NCBI RefSeq assembly: GCF_006345805.1
Contig: NC_043011.1
Coordinates: 66,414,464 to 66,478,463 of the forward strand
Direction: 5' to 3'
From: Octopus sinensis
Taxonomy: Eukaryota
DNA length: 64,000 nucleotides
This document shows, piece after piece, positions 24,601-36,094 of this stretch (position 1 is its first letter; each line of letters starts with the position of its first letter). The notes below the pieces were generated by a model. It had not been told where the DNA came from and searched no databases. It saw only the letters and a list, made by a program, of their open reading frames with translations. The position numbers and the translations under genes are program-made.

Positions 24601-26279
24601 GATGCGAGCCAATCGATCGTGGGAGCGTTGAAGTCGCCTAGTACCAAGCAGTCATGCGAAGCTGAAACGAATGTTATCGCTTCGAGTAGATGAGCATCGT
24701 CCTGGGGGTCGGCTAGAGGCGGCCTGTAGACAGCCAACACGGGCAGGCAAAACTCAGATAGGCTCAGCTTGCAATAGACGGCATCGAATTTGGTTGTAGG
24801 TTGAGCATTAGTGGGTAGAATACCGCAGGACGGTTTGTGCTCAGACTTAACATACACAGCAACACCTCCACCTCGCCTTTTTCCTCTGTCACATCTGAAA
24901 AGGACGTAGCCCTGCAGGTGGATCTCTGAGTCCTTTACTGCTGGAGTCAGCCAAGTCTCGGTGATAGCTATCACATCAGGGGAGTCGCGTAGGGCCAGTG
25001 TAAATAGTTCACTGAACTTTGGGAATAAGGAGCACGAGTTGGTGTAGACGATGCTGAGCTGTGAAGTCTGAGGGGCGGGAGTTGGGGAACAAGCAGAATA
25101 AAGGGCATCAGAGATAGCATCGTTGACGAGGGTATCAACTTCACTTCGATTTGCCCTCACATCACTTTCCCTGTCAGCACTACAGCATGGGACCAGAGGT
25201 AGGACTTGATTATCTGTTCATCTTGGATTCGTAAACCCTTCTCTCCCATTTGTTTCCTCATCTTTAGCTCGGATATCAGGTTCCTCCGGCGAATTCTCTC
25301 TCTTAGTGAGTATTCCTCGCGAAAACCCATATTGGGGTCTTCCCAGGCATGCGTCTGAGCTCTGTTCAGAAAGACTGAAGCCTCCCGATCAGAAGAAAAG
25401 ATTACCCTTATTGGGCGTGGTCTAGTATCTGCGGTTGGGTTCGCTTGGAATCTTCCTAGCCGAGCGACCTTAAGAACACTGACATTTTCGTTCACAGAGA
25501 ACAATTTTCCAACCAAAACGGAAACAAAATTAATGTCATCTTTTAGGCGGTTTATGCCTGTATCACAGGTGGATTCAGCCTTGCCATATATTATTGCCGA
25601 TCTTGAGTGGGCAAAAAGTTCTCTACTATGAGCTGCGGTATTCGATTCTTCATTTCGAAAGGGTGGTTTCATAGCCATCGGACTTATGTCGGCCTGTGGG
25701 GTCGATCGGAATGGATTTAGTGGTCATAATTTTCCCGCCTGGTTTGGAACTGCACTGCCTCTTCATCTGTGATGATCCGGGGGCTATATCTTGGAAATCC
25801 GTCGGCTCAGTGGTTACCCATCGTGGCAGAATTAATAGTGAAGTCTAATTAAGCATTTTATCTGATGAAATTCATCATATTGTTGCGGAACTGTTTCTGG
25901 AGAGAAACACAATCTTTCAGGATGATAATGCGCAAATTGATACAGGTACGTTTGTTGCTAAATGACACGAGGAACATCCTAGTGAGGTTGAACATCTTAT
26001 CCGGCAACCACAGTCCCCAGATCGCAATATTATCGAACATTTCTGGTGCATTATAAAAAGAAAAACCAAGTATGGTGTCGATACACTCTTCTATCATCAC
26101 TACAAGAGCTGGAGACTGTTTAACTGAAGACCGGACAAAAATCCCTTCCGAAAAAATTCAAACATTGTACGAGTCCATAGAATTCAAGCTGTAATTTCTG
26201 CAAAGGCGGTCCTACACCATATTAAAATAAATAAGTTTGAAATTTTAAGGTGTTTCCATTATTTTGTTGAACGCCTGTG
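21608..26279 (+). mobile_element. Tc1-family DNA transposon (decayed), split by a LINE insertion
   Basis: TIR core CAAAATAATGGAAACACCT on the left and AGGTGTTTCCATTATTTTG at 26248-26266. The transposase starts at ATG 21796 (MTDLSGLQIGQIAGAHMAGASITKTAEIFGVSRSTVSKV), reads FLDES and TVKHGGGS|SVMI across the insertion, then IFQDDNA and KGGPTPY*. Confidence 0.9.
22358..25764 (-). mobile_element. Young CR1-group LINE (ORF1 part, APE and RT) with 6-bp TSD ATCTGT and (TAAC)n tail
   Basis: ORF1 is 25157-25678. APE is 24048-25160 (ITETWL, GDFN, KSDH). ORF2 continues after one in-frame TGA (23199-24044: GPDGIHP, NYRPVSLTS, LDFAKAFD) and one frameshift (22457-23287: GVPQGSVLGP, FADD). ATCTGT occurs at 22352-57 and 25765-70. 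Confidence 0.95.
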
Positions 26280-26330
26280 TATACATATATGCATATATAT
26301 TTACTGTGTATATGTGCCTCTGTGTGTGCT

Positions 26331-26331
<1 letters not shown>

Positions 26332-26410
<79 letters not shown>
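26332..26410. repeat. (TAGA)n microsatellite
   Basis: Direct inspection. Confidence 0.95.
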
Positions 26411-26411
<1 letters not shown>

Positions 26412-26599
26412 GGACAGGTAAACAGGCAGACAAATAGATAGATAGGTAGGTAGAGTGAGAGAGAGATTGGTTTGATGGTTGATTGATTGATTGATTGATT
26501 GTTTGACTGATTATTTGATAAGACAGATTGCAAGTGAAGAGTTAAGAAATTATGTTGTGAAGAGTCAACTTCAAAGAACGATGCGTATGGTTTAACGCT

Positions 26600-27290
26600 T
26601 TTAATGTTTTAATTAGAAAAAACAGGAACGATCACTGAAAGAGGCAGGAGTGATGTTGTCTGTTGAAGGAAGCAGTTACAGAATACATTACAAAATTAAA
26701 AATACATAAATAAGAATGAAAGGGAGAGTATGAAAGGGTGGAAAGAAGAAAAAAAAACTATGAGATAGAGCAAGGAGATAAAGTATTATGAAGACGGTGC
26801 ATATAGCAGTCGTATGGAAGCAGATACTGATTAAACGAAAGCTGGTGATTTGAACAGGTTGGGCTTATACATTTTACAAGGATGAAATCCTGTTCACTGT
26901 GGTAGCGGAAATCAAGATATCCGTTATCCTAGGTCAAGTTAAAGATGGAGATTTAATGAAATGTGTGGTCGTTGGTGCAAAAAAGTTAAGCAACTGGTGA
27001 GCCGCAATAAATCTGATGTATTTGAGCACTTCAAGTGAGGAGTGTAAAACAATTAACAATGAAATGTCTAGATGAAGGAGCTAAAGATGACAAGAAAATG
27101 AACTTTAAAATGCGAAGTGCAGGGTCGGTGAGAGATCAAGGGTAAAATATGCCTGCGTGAGATGAACGGCGAAATGTTTCTCGGTGAAGACTGTTGTATG
27201 CCTATAAAGATAATAAAGATGCAGTTTGGAGTTAGTGTGGCAACTGCACACAGAATAACCCCCTGTGAAGATTTGAATATACGCAAAATA
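26600..27290 (-). mobile_element. Highly decayed LINE relic (CR1/Jockey group, probable)
   Basis: The minus strand contains ASLLSL/FYR-like ACTGCATCTTTATTATCTTTATAGGCAT and has the same purine skew as the other relics. Confidence 0.35.
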
Positions 27291-28637
27291 TGTTTAATGC
27301 ACCTTTCACTGGTTCAATACCGTTAATTGTAACAAGTGCCTTAAAATTAGTGGATATTACTTTGAAAGGGTTTGGTGTATTTCTAATTTGAAATTAATAA
27401 ATGTCTCTCCTGAAAATGCCAAAAATTCCTGGAATGTTCATTGCTTACTCATTGTTGCTCTGCATTTGATTACATTACAAATCTTGTGCAACGGTGATCA
27501 TATTACGTGTAATCTAACGAATTATTATCAGCTGTTTTCCTGCACACACTGCATGACTCTTTCCACGAGAGTATCAGAGTCCTCCCTCAATTCATCTAAA
27601 AAAAGTGCATAGTTAATGCTAAGATTACACTCAGAAATTCTTCATTCTCAGCGTTGTTTCTATGGGTTGAATTTCTTCTATAAATGGCCTATAATCTATG
27701 CCATAAAGCTAAGTATTTTGTCCGTAGGGTACTCGAGGGTAATGGTCTCAAAATCCACCATATAGAGAAGCCATATGTGAAAGATGAGTGGGAATACAAC
27801 GGACCTTCCCTGATACATACTTGCACTCTAAACTCACTGTAAACACAGACTTTACTATCACTATCTCTGTACATCTCTCACCTTCAATCAACTTATGTAT
27901 ATTGTAGAAAATATTTTAATTAATAAAATGGTATTCGCATAAAACCATTTTCTGTTTCGACAAAACAGGATACAGTCTTACATTTAGAAACGGTTGATGC
28001 ATTTGTTTCACTAGAATTAGAGTTTTAATGACACTGTACATGAGAACATTTCATCACAGGAGTTTCGCTTCCGAATAAGTTTGCTATGATACTTTCTCTA
28101 ACTTTCAGACCTTGAACCTAGAGTTTTCTATCACTATCGATACTTCCATACAGAATACCTTCAATCCTCTTCTAGCAGTTAGAGACCTTAGAGGTTAAGG
28201 AGAATAAGATGCTATGCCAGTATTCATGTAAGAAACGTACCTCATCTTCAGAATCAATGATATTCTCTCTCATTCCAAGAACCCATTCCATAATGCAATA
28301 TAATTATCATGCTGAATATTTTTATTACAGTTTCCACCTATTGTAATCTTATTAGTGTCGCTAGATTGTAATCATACAACCTCCTTTTCCCCATCCATGT
28401 GCCCACTTAAATTTTATATATCCTCGTTTATGCGAATATGATGTCTACCATCTTTACAACAATTATGTTATGCATCAGAAACCAGCAGCTACTACACATA
28501 CACGATGAGTTACGCATACCAGTGTTCTTTGCCTGTGAAGATCGTATGACTCATGTTATTGCTTGCACACTACATACACTTACACGTATTTAGGATTTCA
28601 CCAGCTCTATCCTCATTAAAAAGAAAATATGCATTAC

Positions 28638-28688
28638 CGAACGTCTCCTGCGCGGTTCTCCAACATGTAGACCTTCATTTGCTCCGAC
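28638..28688 (-). CDS. Candidate 51-bp internal exon of an unidentified host gene
   Basis: Acceptor TTTTGTACATTTCCTTTCAG|, donor |GTAATG, length divisible by 3, two open frames (VGANEGLHVGEPRRRRS or SEQMKVYMLENRAGDV). Confidence 0.35.
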
Positions 28689-28764
28689 CTGAAAGGAAAT
28701 GTACAAAATATGTGTATGTGAGTGTGCGCAAACACACACGTGCATATGTATGTATATATATATA

Positions 28765-28817
<53 letters not shown>

Positions 28818-28850
28818 ATAATATATATATATATATTATATATATATATA

Positions 28851-29155
28851 TCACGTGATCACGTGACCGACCAGATCATCAGATGTTGTTACACATCGCT
28901 GGTCAAAATGCGTTCGCATTGTTTTAGCCTTCGAATGACGCCACCCCGCTGGCTAAGCGAGCAGGCCAACTGAAGGAAGAGTAGGAGAAAGAGTGGTGAA
29001 AGAGTACTGCATGGATTACCCCCCCCTGCCGGACCGTCGTGGAGCTTTTTAGGTGTTTTCGCTCAATAAACACTCACAAAGCCCGGTCTGGGAATCGAAA
29101 CCGCGATCCTACGACCGCGAGTCCGCTGCCCTAACCACTGGGTCACTGCGCCTCC
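28851..29155 (-). mobile_element. tRNA-derived SINE (family C)
   Basis: Minus-strand head GGAGGCGCAGTGACCCAGTGGTTAGGGCAGCGG and B-box GGTTTCGATTCCC; a related copy lies at 46961. Confidence 0.88.
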
Positions 29156-29328
29156 ACACACACACACACACATATATATATGCATGCCATCACATCATTA
29201 ATGTCCGAATTTTACACAAAGGAAGTGATCTGATTTTACATTTTAATAAAATGTTATCCTGTAGAGAATTCCTATCTTTATCGATGACCTCCCTTCATCT
29301 ACTCAGCGGTTTTAAAAATTCCATTGGG

Positions 29329-29372
<44 letters not shown>

Positions 29373-29603
29373 ATATTATATATATATATATATATATAAT
29401 ATATATATATATTTAGGTAGTTGAATGAATTATCTTAGTATGGATAATTTTGTTAACCGATACCTGGGTAGCAAATTCACGTTAGAAAAACACGGTTGAA
29501 GCTACATGGCAATGGCAGAGATCACGTGCTTTCGTGTGGAAATTTGTGTGTTTTTTAAATACAAATAAATGAAAGAATGGAGTTGAACGACGATTTAACA
29601 AAA

Positions 29604-29702
29604 TTCCTTTATTCTCGACATATGTTTCGAAGGTTGCATATTCCTAATTTCGAAGGAATAAGGGGTGCATTATGTCGCCTTCTCATCAGGAAAAACAAGG
29701 AA
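29604..29702 (-). ncRNA. Type I hammerhead ribozyme (left arm)
   Basis: Inverted copy of 31133-31231 with one C.A mismatch at the distal end of stem II. Confidence 0.8.
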
Positions 29703-30159
29703 CTTATGTCAGCATCAAGATGAACAAAAACTATGAGATGACTGCCCACACGGAGCCCATAGCAATAATGAGTGTCTCTTTAAAATATTCCGTTAGAAGC
29801 AGTGACGTCAAAAATGGTTGAATGTAGAAGATTCTAGAAAGTTCAAGTGTTCAAACAAGGTTGGAGGGGAGAGATCTAAGAATAGGAAGGTGATAGGGTG
29901 CAAGTCATATGAATGGTGATTTGTTGTTTGCTTGTGTGATTGAGCGCCTATGTGTGTGTATGTATATAACTGCATTCGTGTCTATGTGTGTGTATGTGTG
30001 TGCGTGATTGTGTGTGTGGTTGGGTAGATGCCAAAAACAAACAGTGGTGAAGTGACAGGTTTGTGTCTGTGTGTTTGATTGTACTTACGATAGAGAGAGG
30101 GAGAGAGAGAGAGAGGAGGGCGAGGTAGAGAGACAAAGGTAAAACATACCTCAACGAAT

Positions 30160-30573
30160 TTGGTAGTAGTCCTTTATGAGTATAAATATTTGTCTATGGG
30201 AGTGATGTATTCCATTTACCAGCGTAATATTTCTTCCGGTACCGATGTCTTCTTCTACATTGGGGCAACTACTTCTAAATTAGCCCAGAGGATCTCCAAT
30301 CATTATTCAACTTTCCGAGATAAGAGAAAACAACAAAGCACAGGACTAATTAAATTAGTTTGGCGTCTTAAGGACAGCAATATAACTTTCAAGCTGGAAT
30401 GGTCCATATTGTCTGTATCCTTTCCGTTTGATAAGGGCAGAAAATTTTTTGGCGTCTGTACTTCCGAACTTTTCCATATATTGTTCGCCAAATTCCTGTT
30501 AGTAAATACAATGGTTGAAAAATTCTACAGGTGCATGCACTGGCAGAAACATACCTTTCACTCATATGAATGA
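30160..30573 (+). CDS. PLE GIY-YIG endonuclease domain (no RT; homology begins ~30200)
   Basis: GVMY...YIGATTSKLAQRISNH...TGLIKLVWRLK...LEWSIL...GVCTSE...LVN...RCMH parallels the recalled PLE consensus YIG.T...K.R..NH..SF...T.LSK.IW.LK...W.IL...CxLC..E...LN...CRH. The first Cys of CxxC appears as Phe. Confidence 0.82.
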   Translation: MVVVLYEYKYLSMGVMYSIYQRNISSGTDVFFYIGATTSKLAQRISNHYSTFRDKRKQQSTGLIKLVWRLKDSNITFKLEWSILSVSFPFDKGRKFFGVCTSELFHILFAKFLLVNTMVEKFYRCMHWQKHTFHSYE

Positions 30574-31132
30574 TGATTAATATAGATAACCTCCTTGAAT
30601 TTTAATAATTTGGTTCCATTTATACATTTCCCCCATAGATAAAATTTTTATACTCATAAAGGACTACTACCAAATTCGTTGAGGTATGTTTTACCTTTGT
30701 CTCTCTACCTCGCCCTCCTCTCTCTCTTTCTCTCCCTCTCTCTATCGTAAACACAATCAAACACACAGACACAAACCTGTCACTTCACCACTGTTTGTTT
30801 TTGGCATCTACCCAACCACACACACAATCACGCACACACATACACACACATAGACACGAATGCAGTTATATACATACACACACATAGGCGCTCAATCACA
30901 CAAGCAAACAACAAATCACCATTCATATGACTTGCACCCTATCACCTTCCTATTCTTAGATCTCTCCCCTCCAACCTTGTTTGAACACTTGAACTTTCTA
31001 GAATCTTCTATATTCAACCATTTTTGACGTCACTGCTTCTAACGGAATATTTTAAAGAGACACTCATTATCGCTATGGGCTCCATGTGGGCAGTCATCTA
31101 ATAGTTTTTGTTCATCTTGATGCTGACATAAG

Positions 31133-31231
31133 TTCCTTGTTTTTCCTGATGAGAAGGCGGCATAATGCACCCCTTATTCCTTCGAAATTAGGAATATGCA
31201 GCCTTCGAAACATATGTCGAGAATAAAGGAA
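31133..31231 (+). ncRNA. Type I hammerhead ribozyme (right arm), canonical core
   Basis: CUGAUGA at 31146-52, stem II GAAGGC:GCCUUC, GAAA at 31207-10, palindromic ACAUAUGU, GUC cleavage at 31218/31219, 13-nt stem I with 11 pairs (one G.U). Confidence 0.88.
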
Positions 31232-31267
31232 TTTTGTTAAATCGTCGTTCAACTCCATTCTTTCATT

Positions 31268-31329
<62 letters not shown>

Positions 31330-32297
31330 TATATATATTGGTGGTAGTCAGAAAGCAAAGGCTTTGAAATTGCTACACCTATAGTTCCGCTTTCTTCAGT
31401 GTTATCATTAATGTGTATCCTCTAGGATTTTAACCGTCCCTACTAGAGTTGTTGCATGCATTTACCGTTTAAAGCCATTAAATGCATGAAGAAATGAAAA
31501 ACTTACACCGTGAAAACCGCCTTATATAGAGACTTGACCGGCGGCCAATCTTCCACAAAATTGTCGGTCTCGAAAAACCAGCAATCGCTTTATATCAACT
31601 CAATACGAACCCGAATCACTCGTGGCCATACAAATCAATTTACCAAAGTTATATACCTTTTATTTAAGTGATTAACAGCCTTTCTGTAATTTAGAGTAGA
31701 GAAGTAAGAAAAGAAACACCTACCCCGCATAAGACATAACTGAGGAGTGAGAAATATCTGGTACAGTGTTCGTTTTTTCCCATAAAACAGGAAATGAATA
31801 ACTGTCGATTGCTAAAAGTAAATTGTTATCAGAAAATAGTTTTAGAAACAACTACAAGTTTACCTCGACTTCAGCTGTTTCGATTAAAGTCCTTCTCAAT
31901 TATACGTCGCTTTTCAAAAATAATGTATGGAAAAGAAATAAAATTTAAGTCATTTTCTTCGACTTTAAGTCTGTCCGCCACAGATATATAAAACCGTTAA
32001 AGGCATATAAAATTATGTTAATGTACAGTAAATAAGAATAAAAGCATATAAAATGATACTAAAATACGTACAGTAAATGTTAAGAAACACACCATGAGGT
32101 AGTGTAGTTTATTGCATGAATTCATGAAATGAGCTGTGTTTTCTTATTTATCGGTCTTTCGGAACTCATATTGCACTGTATTTCCAATATCTGCCGTTAG
32201 GCGTCGTTGTCACTCGAGATTACTGCGATTGTTTTGAATACAGATTTGTTTGCGTCTGTTAATCGGCAACTATCTCATTCTCATGCATTTGTCCCCC

Positions 32298-32540
32298 ATG
32301 GCTCCTAAGAAAATTCATACTGAAAGTGCTAAGCGTCATGGTATAACGCTAGAAGATAAACTGGCTATGATAGAGCGCCATGAAAAAGGTGAAAAGTGGT
32401 AGCAATTGTATGATCTTTTGGGATGAGTCTGTACATAATAAGGACACGATTTTAGCACATATCTAATCTGAACACCCAAGGTTGAAGGACACTGTCATTA
32501 ATAAGAAAAGAGGCAAAATCTTTGAAGAAATGGAATGTCA
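32298..32540 (+). mobile_element. pogo/Tigger-type transposase 5' remnant (CENP-B-like HTH)
   Basis: MAPKKIHTESAKRHGITLEDKLAMIERHEKGEK...; TVINKKRGKIFEEME. Confidence 0.7.
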
Positions 32541-33514
32541 CATGACATATTTAAATGAACTTCCATGTACCTGCATGTTTCCTCTTTTCTCTACAGCGGC
32601 CAGAAAATGAAGGGTCCAAGGTGACTGACCTTAAATGACAGCTAGATAAATTTTGACAACGCTGGTACAATTTCATTCCAGATGACAAAATAATGTTTGC
32701 TCAGTAAAAATCGATTTTTGTTTGATGACGAAGTGGTGTGATTGAATATTTCGGTCTATCGCTGACATTTGCTTCTACTGTAGCGTTGTATACGACAGAA
32801 TTACCAAATGCATTTTAAATCTAGTGAGCAATTCTCACGAATTCTCCGGACGCATCTTTTATGTCGGTCAGTTTTTTCACAATCTTTTATTCATTCAGCT
32901 GTGCTATGATATGAAAGTTTAAGTTCCTACTGAGGGTATGAGAAATTTCCAACAGATAACCTAACCGGAAAAATTAGATAATCTGGGATGTACCTCCTCA
33001 GATTCTAGAATTTTTATCTTCAAAACACTAAAATAGCCTCTACTGTAATATATACAGATCTCACAATAGGCGCGCACAGCATGAGAAACAGCACATGCCC
33101 ATTCCGAAACAAAACATACGTAGATAATGTACCAAACCCTTTAGAGAGCGAAAATGTAAGCAAAAATTGACGTATTTGAAACAAAACTAACTCAGTATAC
33201 TCACGTCATACTAAAGAGAAGGACGTTTCAAGTAGGGTTACCATGACGACAAAGCCATTTCTCTCATCTAAAGACTGACCAAGAATGTTACGTTCTCGAT
33301 GTGGTCGAAAGATTGCGGTAGACTTGGGAAAGATAATGTCTCCCAACTCTACCAATATTTTTGTCTACCTAGATGATAGTTTTGGCACAAACTCTCTTCC
33401 TTAAACCATTTAATAATTTCATCTTTGTTTGGTCGCACACTCCACCCCTCTTGCATGAATTTCCTTCTATAATATATATATATATTAGATGGCCCGGAGA
33501 TGGTGTTCAGGCAT

Positions 33515-33797
33515 TATATATTAGAAGAAATGAGGTCCACAGAAATCTGGATGGTTTTATATTTACAGATATTTATTAGTATGTTACATATTTTTATAAA
33601 TAATATATCATATAATAGCGCTTTCGTCCACTCTTGTGGAGTTTTCAGATTGAACTATTTCAGTTTAAAAACTCCACTAGAGTGGACGAAAGCGCTATGA
33701 TATGATATAGGATTTATAAAAACATGTAACATACTAATAAATATCTGTGAATATAGAACCATCCAGATTTCTGAGTACCTCATTTCTTCCAATATAT
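33515..33797. repeat. Fold-back of two ~131-bp inverted arms (22-nt loop) containing a decayed hammerhead-like motif; probable PLE terminus pair
   Basis: 33515-33645 matches the reverse complement of 33668-33797. The minus strand of the left arm reads CUGAAAA-CUCCAC-AAGA-GUGGAC-GAAA-GCGC-UA. Confidence 0.75.
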
Positions 33798-34204
33798 ATA
33801 TATATATATATAACAATATGTGCTGCATGTATGAGTGCACGTGTGCGGGGGGGTCCCTGAGTGTATGCATGTGTGTGTGTGCGTGTGTGTGAATAATTTT
33901 GAAAATATTAATTATATTAATAGTAGCAGTAAGATATATATACCTGCAGAAGTTATGGTCACTTCCTCTGAAAACATCAAAACTATTATGACAAACCTTT
34001 CGTGCTAATGCATTGCAATCCTCATGTGTGGTGACGCCTAGAATTTAAAAATAAGATTGCCTATTACTTAAAGTTGTTTTTTTATTAAAAAAATAAGTAT
34101 TTGTTTTCTATCAACATAATATATAACGTAGACGATAATACTTAATTCTGGCCAGAAACCATATCATTACGTGCCTGTCATAATATCAATGTCTGTATAA
34201 TTTC

Positions 34205-34252
<48 letters not shown>

Positions 34253-34699
34253 CATGGATCTCTAAGTGTCTCCTTTGTCTGAAAATTAGATTCTGGTAAT
34301 TCCCATGATATTGTTACGAACGTCTCCAAATCATGATAAGTTTCAGCATCCGATGGATATAGTTTTCATTTTCTAATTTTCTCTGGTTTGGTTTTGTAGT
34401 TGAAGAGGTTGTTTTGCAATCACATGATTTCTAGTTCACTCCCAGTTTATGGAACTGCAGCAAACATATTTCTCTATGTATCCAGGTTGACCGATGCTTC
34501 GTTACTGAAATCTGTTTTGTGGAAACTGGGAGGAAGAACATCATCAATATTCGTATATGTCTGTGCGTTTGTTGTGTATATTTACATATGTATGAGTTAT
34601 GCATACGTGTGTCCTTCTATAAACTGCATGTTTAAAGTCACCTAACCTAGCTCGGCGATAAAACACAGAGAATGAGTTCGAGATTTAAAAAGTAATTAC

Positions 34700-35034
34700 T
34701 CGGGCGTTTTATTCGGCTAAAACTTTCCATGCCAGGTCCCAGCAGGGACTCAGGCCAAGGACACAAGCAGGTAAATCATAAAAGATATATATATAAATGT
34801 TCCTTCTTGAGCCATGCCAGGCTCATAACGGCCGGTTTCCCCGTTTTATTGGCGTATAAACTCCCCACCTGGACGGGACGCCAGTCCGTCTCAGGATTAC
34901 TCATTTTTGCCAGGTGAGTGGACTGGAGCAACGTGAAATGAAGTGTTTTGGTCAAGAATACAACGCATCAAACGCTCCAGGAACCGAAACCACAACATTA
35001 CGACCATGAGTTCAACACTAAGCCACGCGCCCCA

Positions 35035-35039
<5 letters not shown>
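34700..35039 (-). mobile_element. tRNA-derived SINE (family D-like)
   Basis: Minus-strand head GTGGGGCGCGTGGCTTAGTG..., body ACTCCCCACCTGGACGGGACGCCAGTCC; the head is duplicated in inverted orientation at 35165-35259. Confidence 0.8.
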
Positions 35040-35080
<41 letters not shown>

Positions 35081-35134
35081 TTAAACGTATATGTATATAT
35101 ATATATAAATACGTATATATACGTATATATATAT

Positions 35135-35169
<35 letters not shown>

Positions 35170-35327
35170 TGGGGCGCGTGGCTTAGTGGTTAGAGTGTTG
35201 AACTCATGGTCGTAATGTTGTGGTTTCGGTTCCTGGAGCGGTTGATGCGTTGTGTTCTTATATATATATTGTTCAATATATATATATAGATACAAACGCA
35301 CAAACACTCACACACACACACACACAC

Positions 35328-35416
<89 letters not shown>

Positions 35417-36094
35417 TTTAATCTCCATGCTGTCGACACCTCAAATGTAATGTTCCTCCCTGAAGACGGAAGGTGGTGCTATCCGATAACAGAATCAAAT
35501 TACAAGCATTATTTTGGACCACCAAGTATTGTTGAAAGATTAAAGCATAGGAAGTCAGTAAGCATGGAGCAGAGTGTAGAATTTATAACAAACAACTTAC
35601 AGGAACAATAGTTGTCTATAGACGTAGAAAGTTGCAAACATTTCCCATATCGAAAATCCATAAAATCTGCTGGTCATAATTCCCGAACAAATGTACTAAA
35701 TAGATGTTGTCACTTCCGCCGAGGTCGACTTTGCCTTTTATCCTTTCGGGGTCGATAAATTAAGTACACTTGCGTACTGGGATCGATCTAATCGACAGGT
35801 CCCCTTGGCCATTAAAAATTGAATCCATTAAAATTGCCATCAATCCTCTTCGCAACAAAAAAATGAGATTTCAATTCTGACTGGTTCAAACATTCAAAGT
35901 TGATGCTAACTAACCAATATGCTATTATTTAAGGTTACGTTATAGTTATTACCATTATAATATAGGAGATAATGGGACATCTTGCTGCGATGTATTGATG
36001 CACATAGCAGAGAATAAACGAATGGGAGTATTATAAAATCCCTCATGAAATTACGCCCTCCTTCTATGTACATATGCATGTGTGTATATATAAA

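Larger units (their letters stand above)
29565..31270 (+). mobile_element. 5'-truncated Penelope-like element (Neptune-type GIY-YIG) with an inverted pseudo-LTR: ~645-bp inverted arms around the endonuclease segment
   Basis: 29565-~30210 is the near-identical reverse complement of ~30622-31270. The spacer encodes the GIY-YIG domain, each arm carries a hammerhead, and the 3' end abuts (TA)n. Confidence 0.88.

Noticed and set aside
25679-25825. Apparent structured 5' UTR or HDV-like ribozyme for the CR1 element
   Set aside because: 25765-25860 translates on the plus strand as the Tc1 transposase (SVMIRGAISWKS...GRINS). The LINE ends at 25764, truncated within ORF1.
35455-35500. Hammerhead-like CTGAAGA-CGGA...TCCG-ATAAC
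   Set aside because: The GAAA core is absent (GATA) and there is no stem III or stem I. At best it is a heavily decayed relic.
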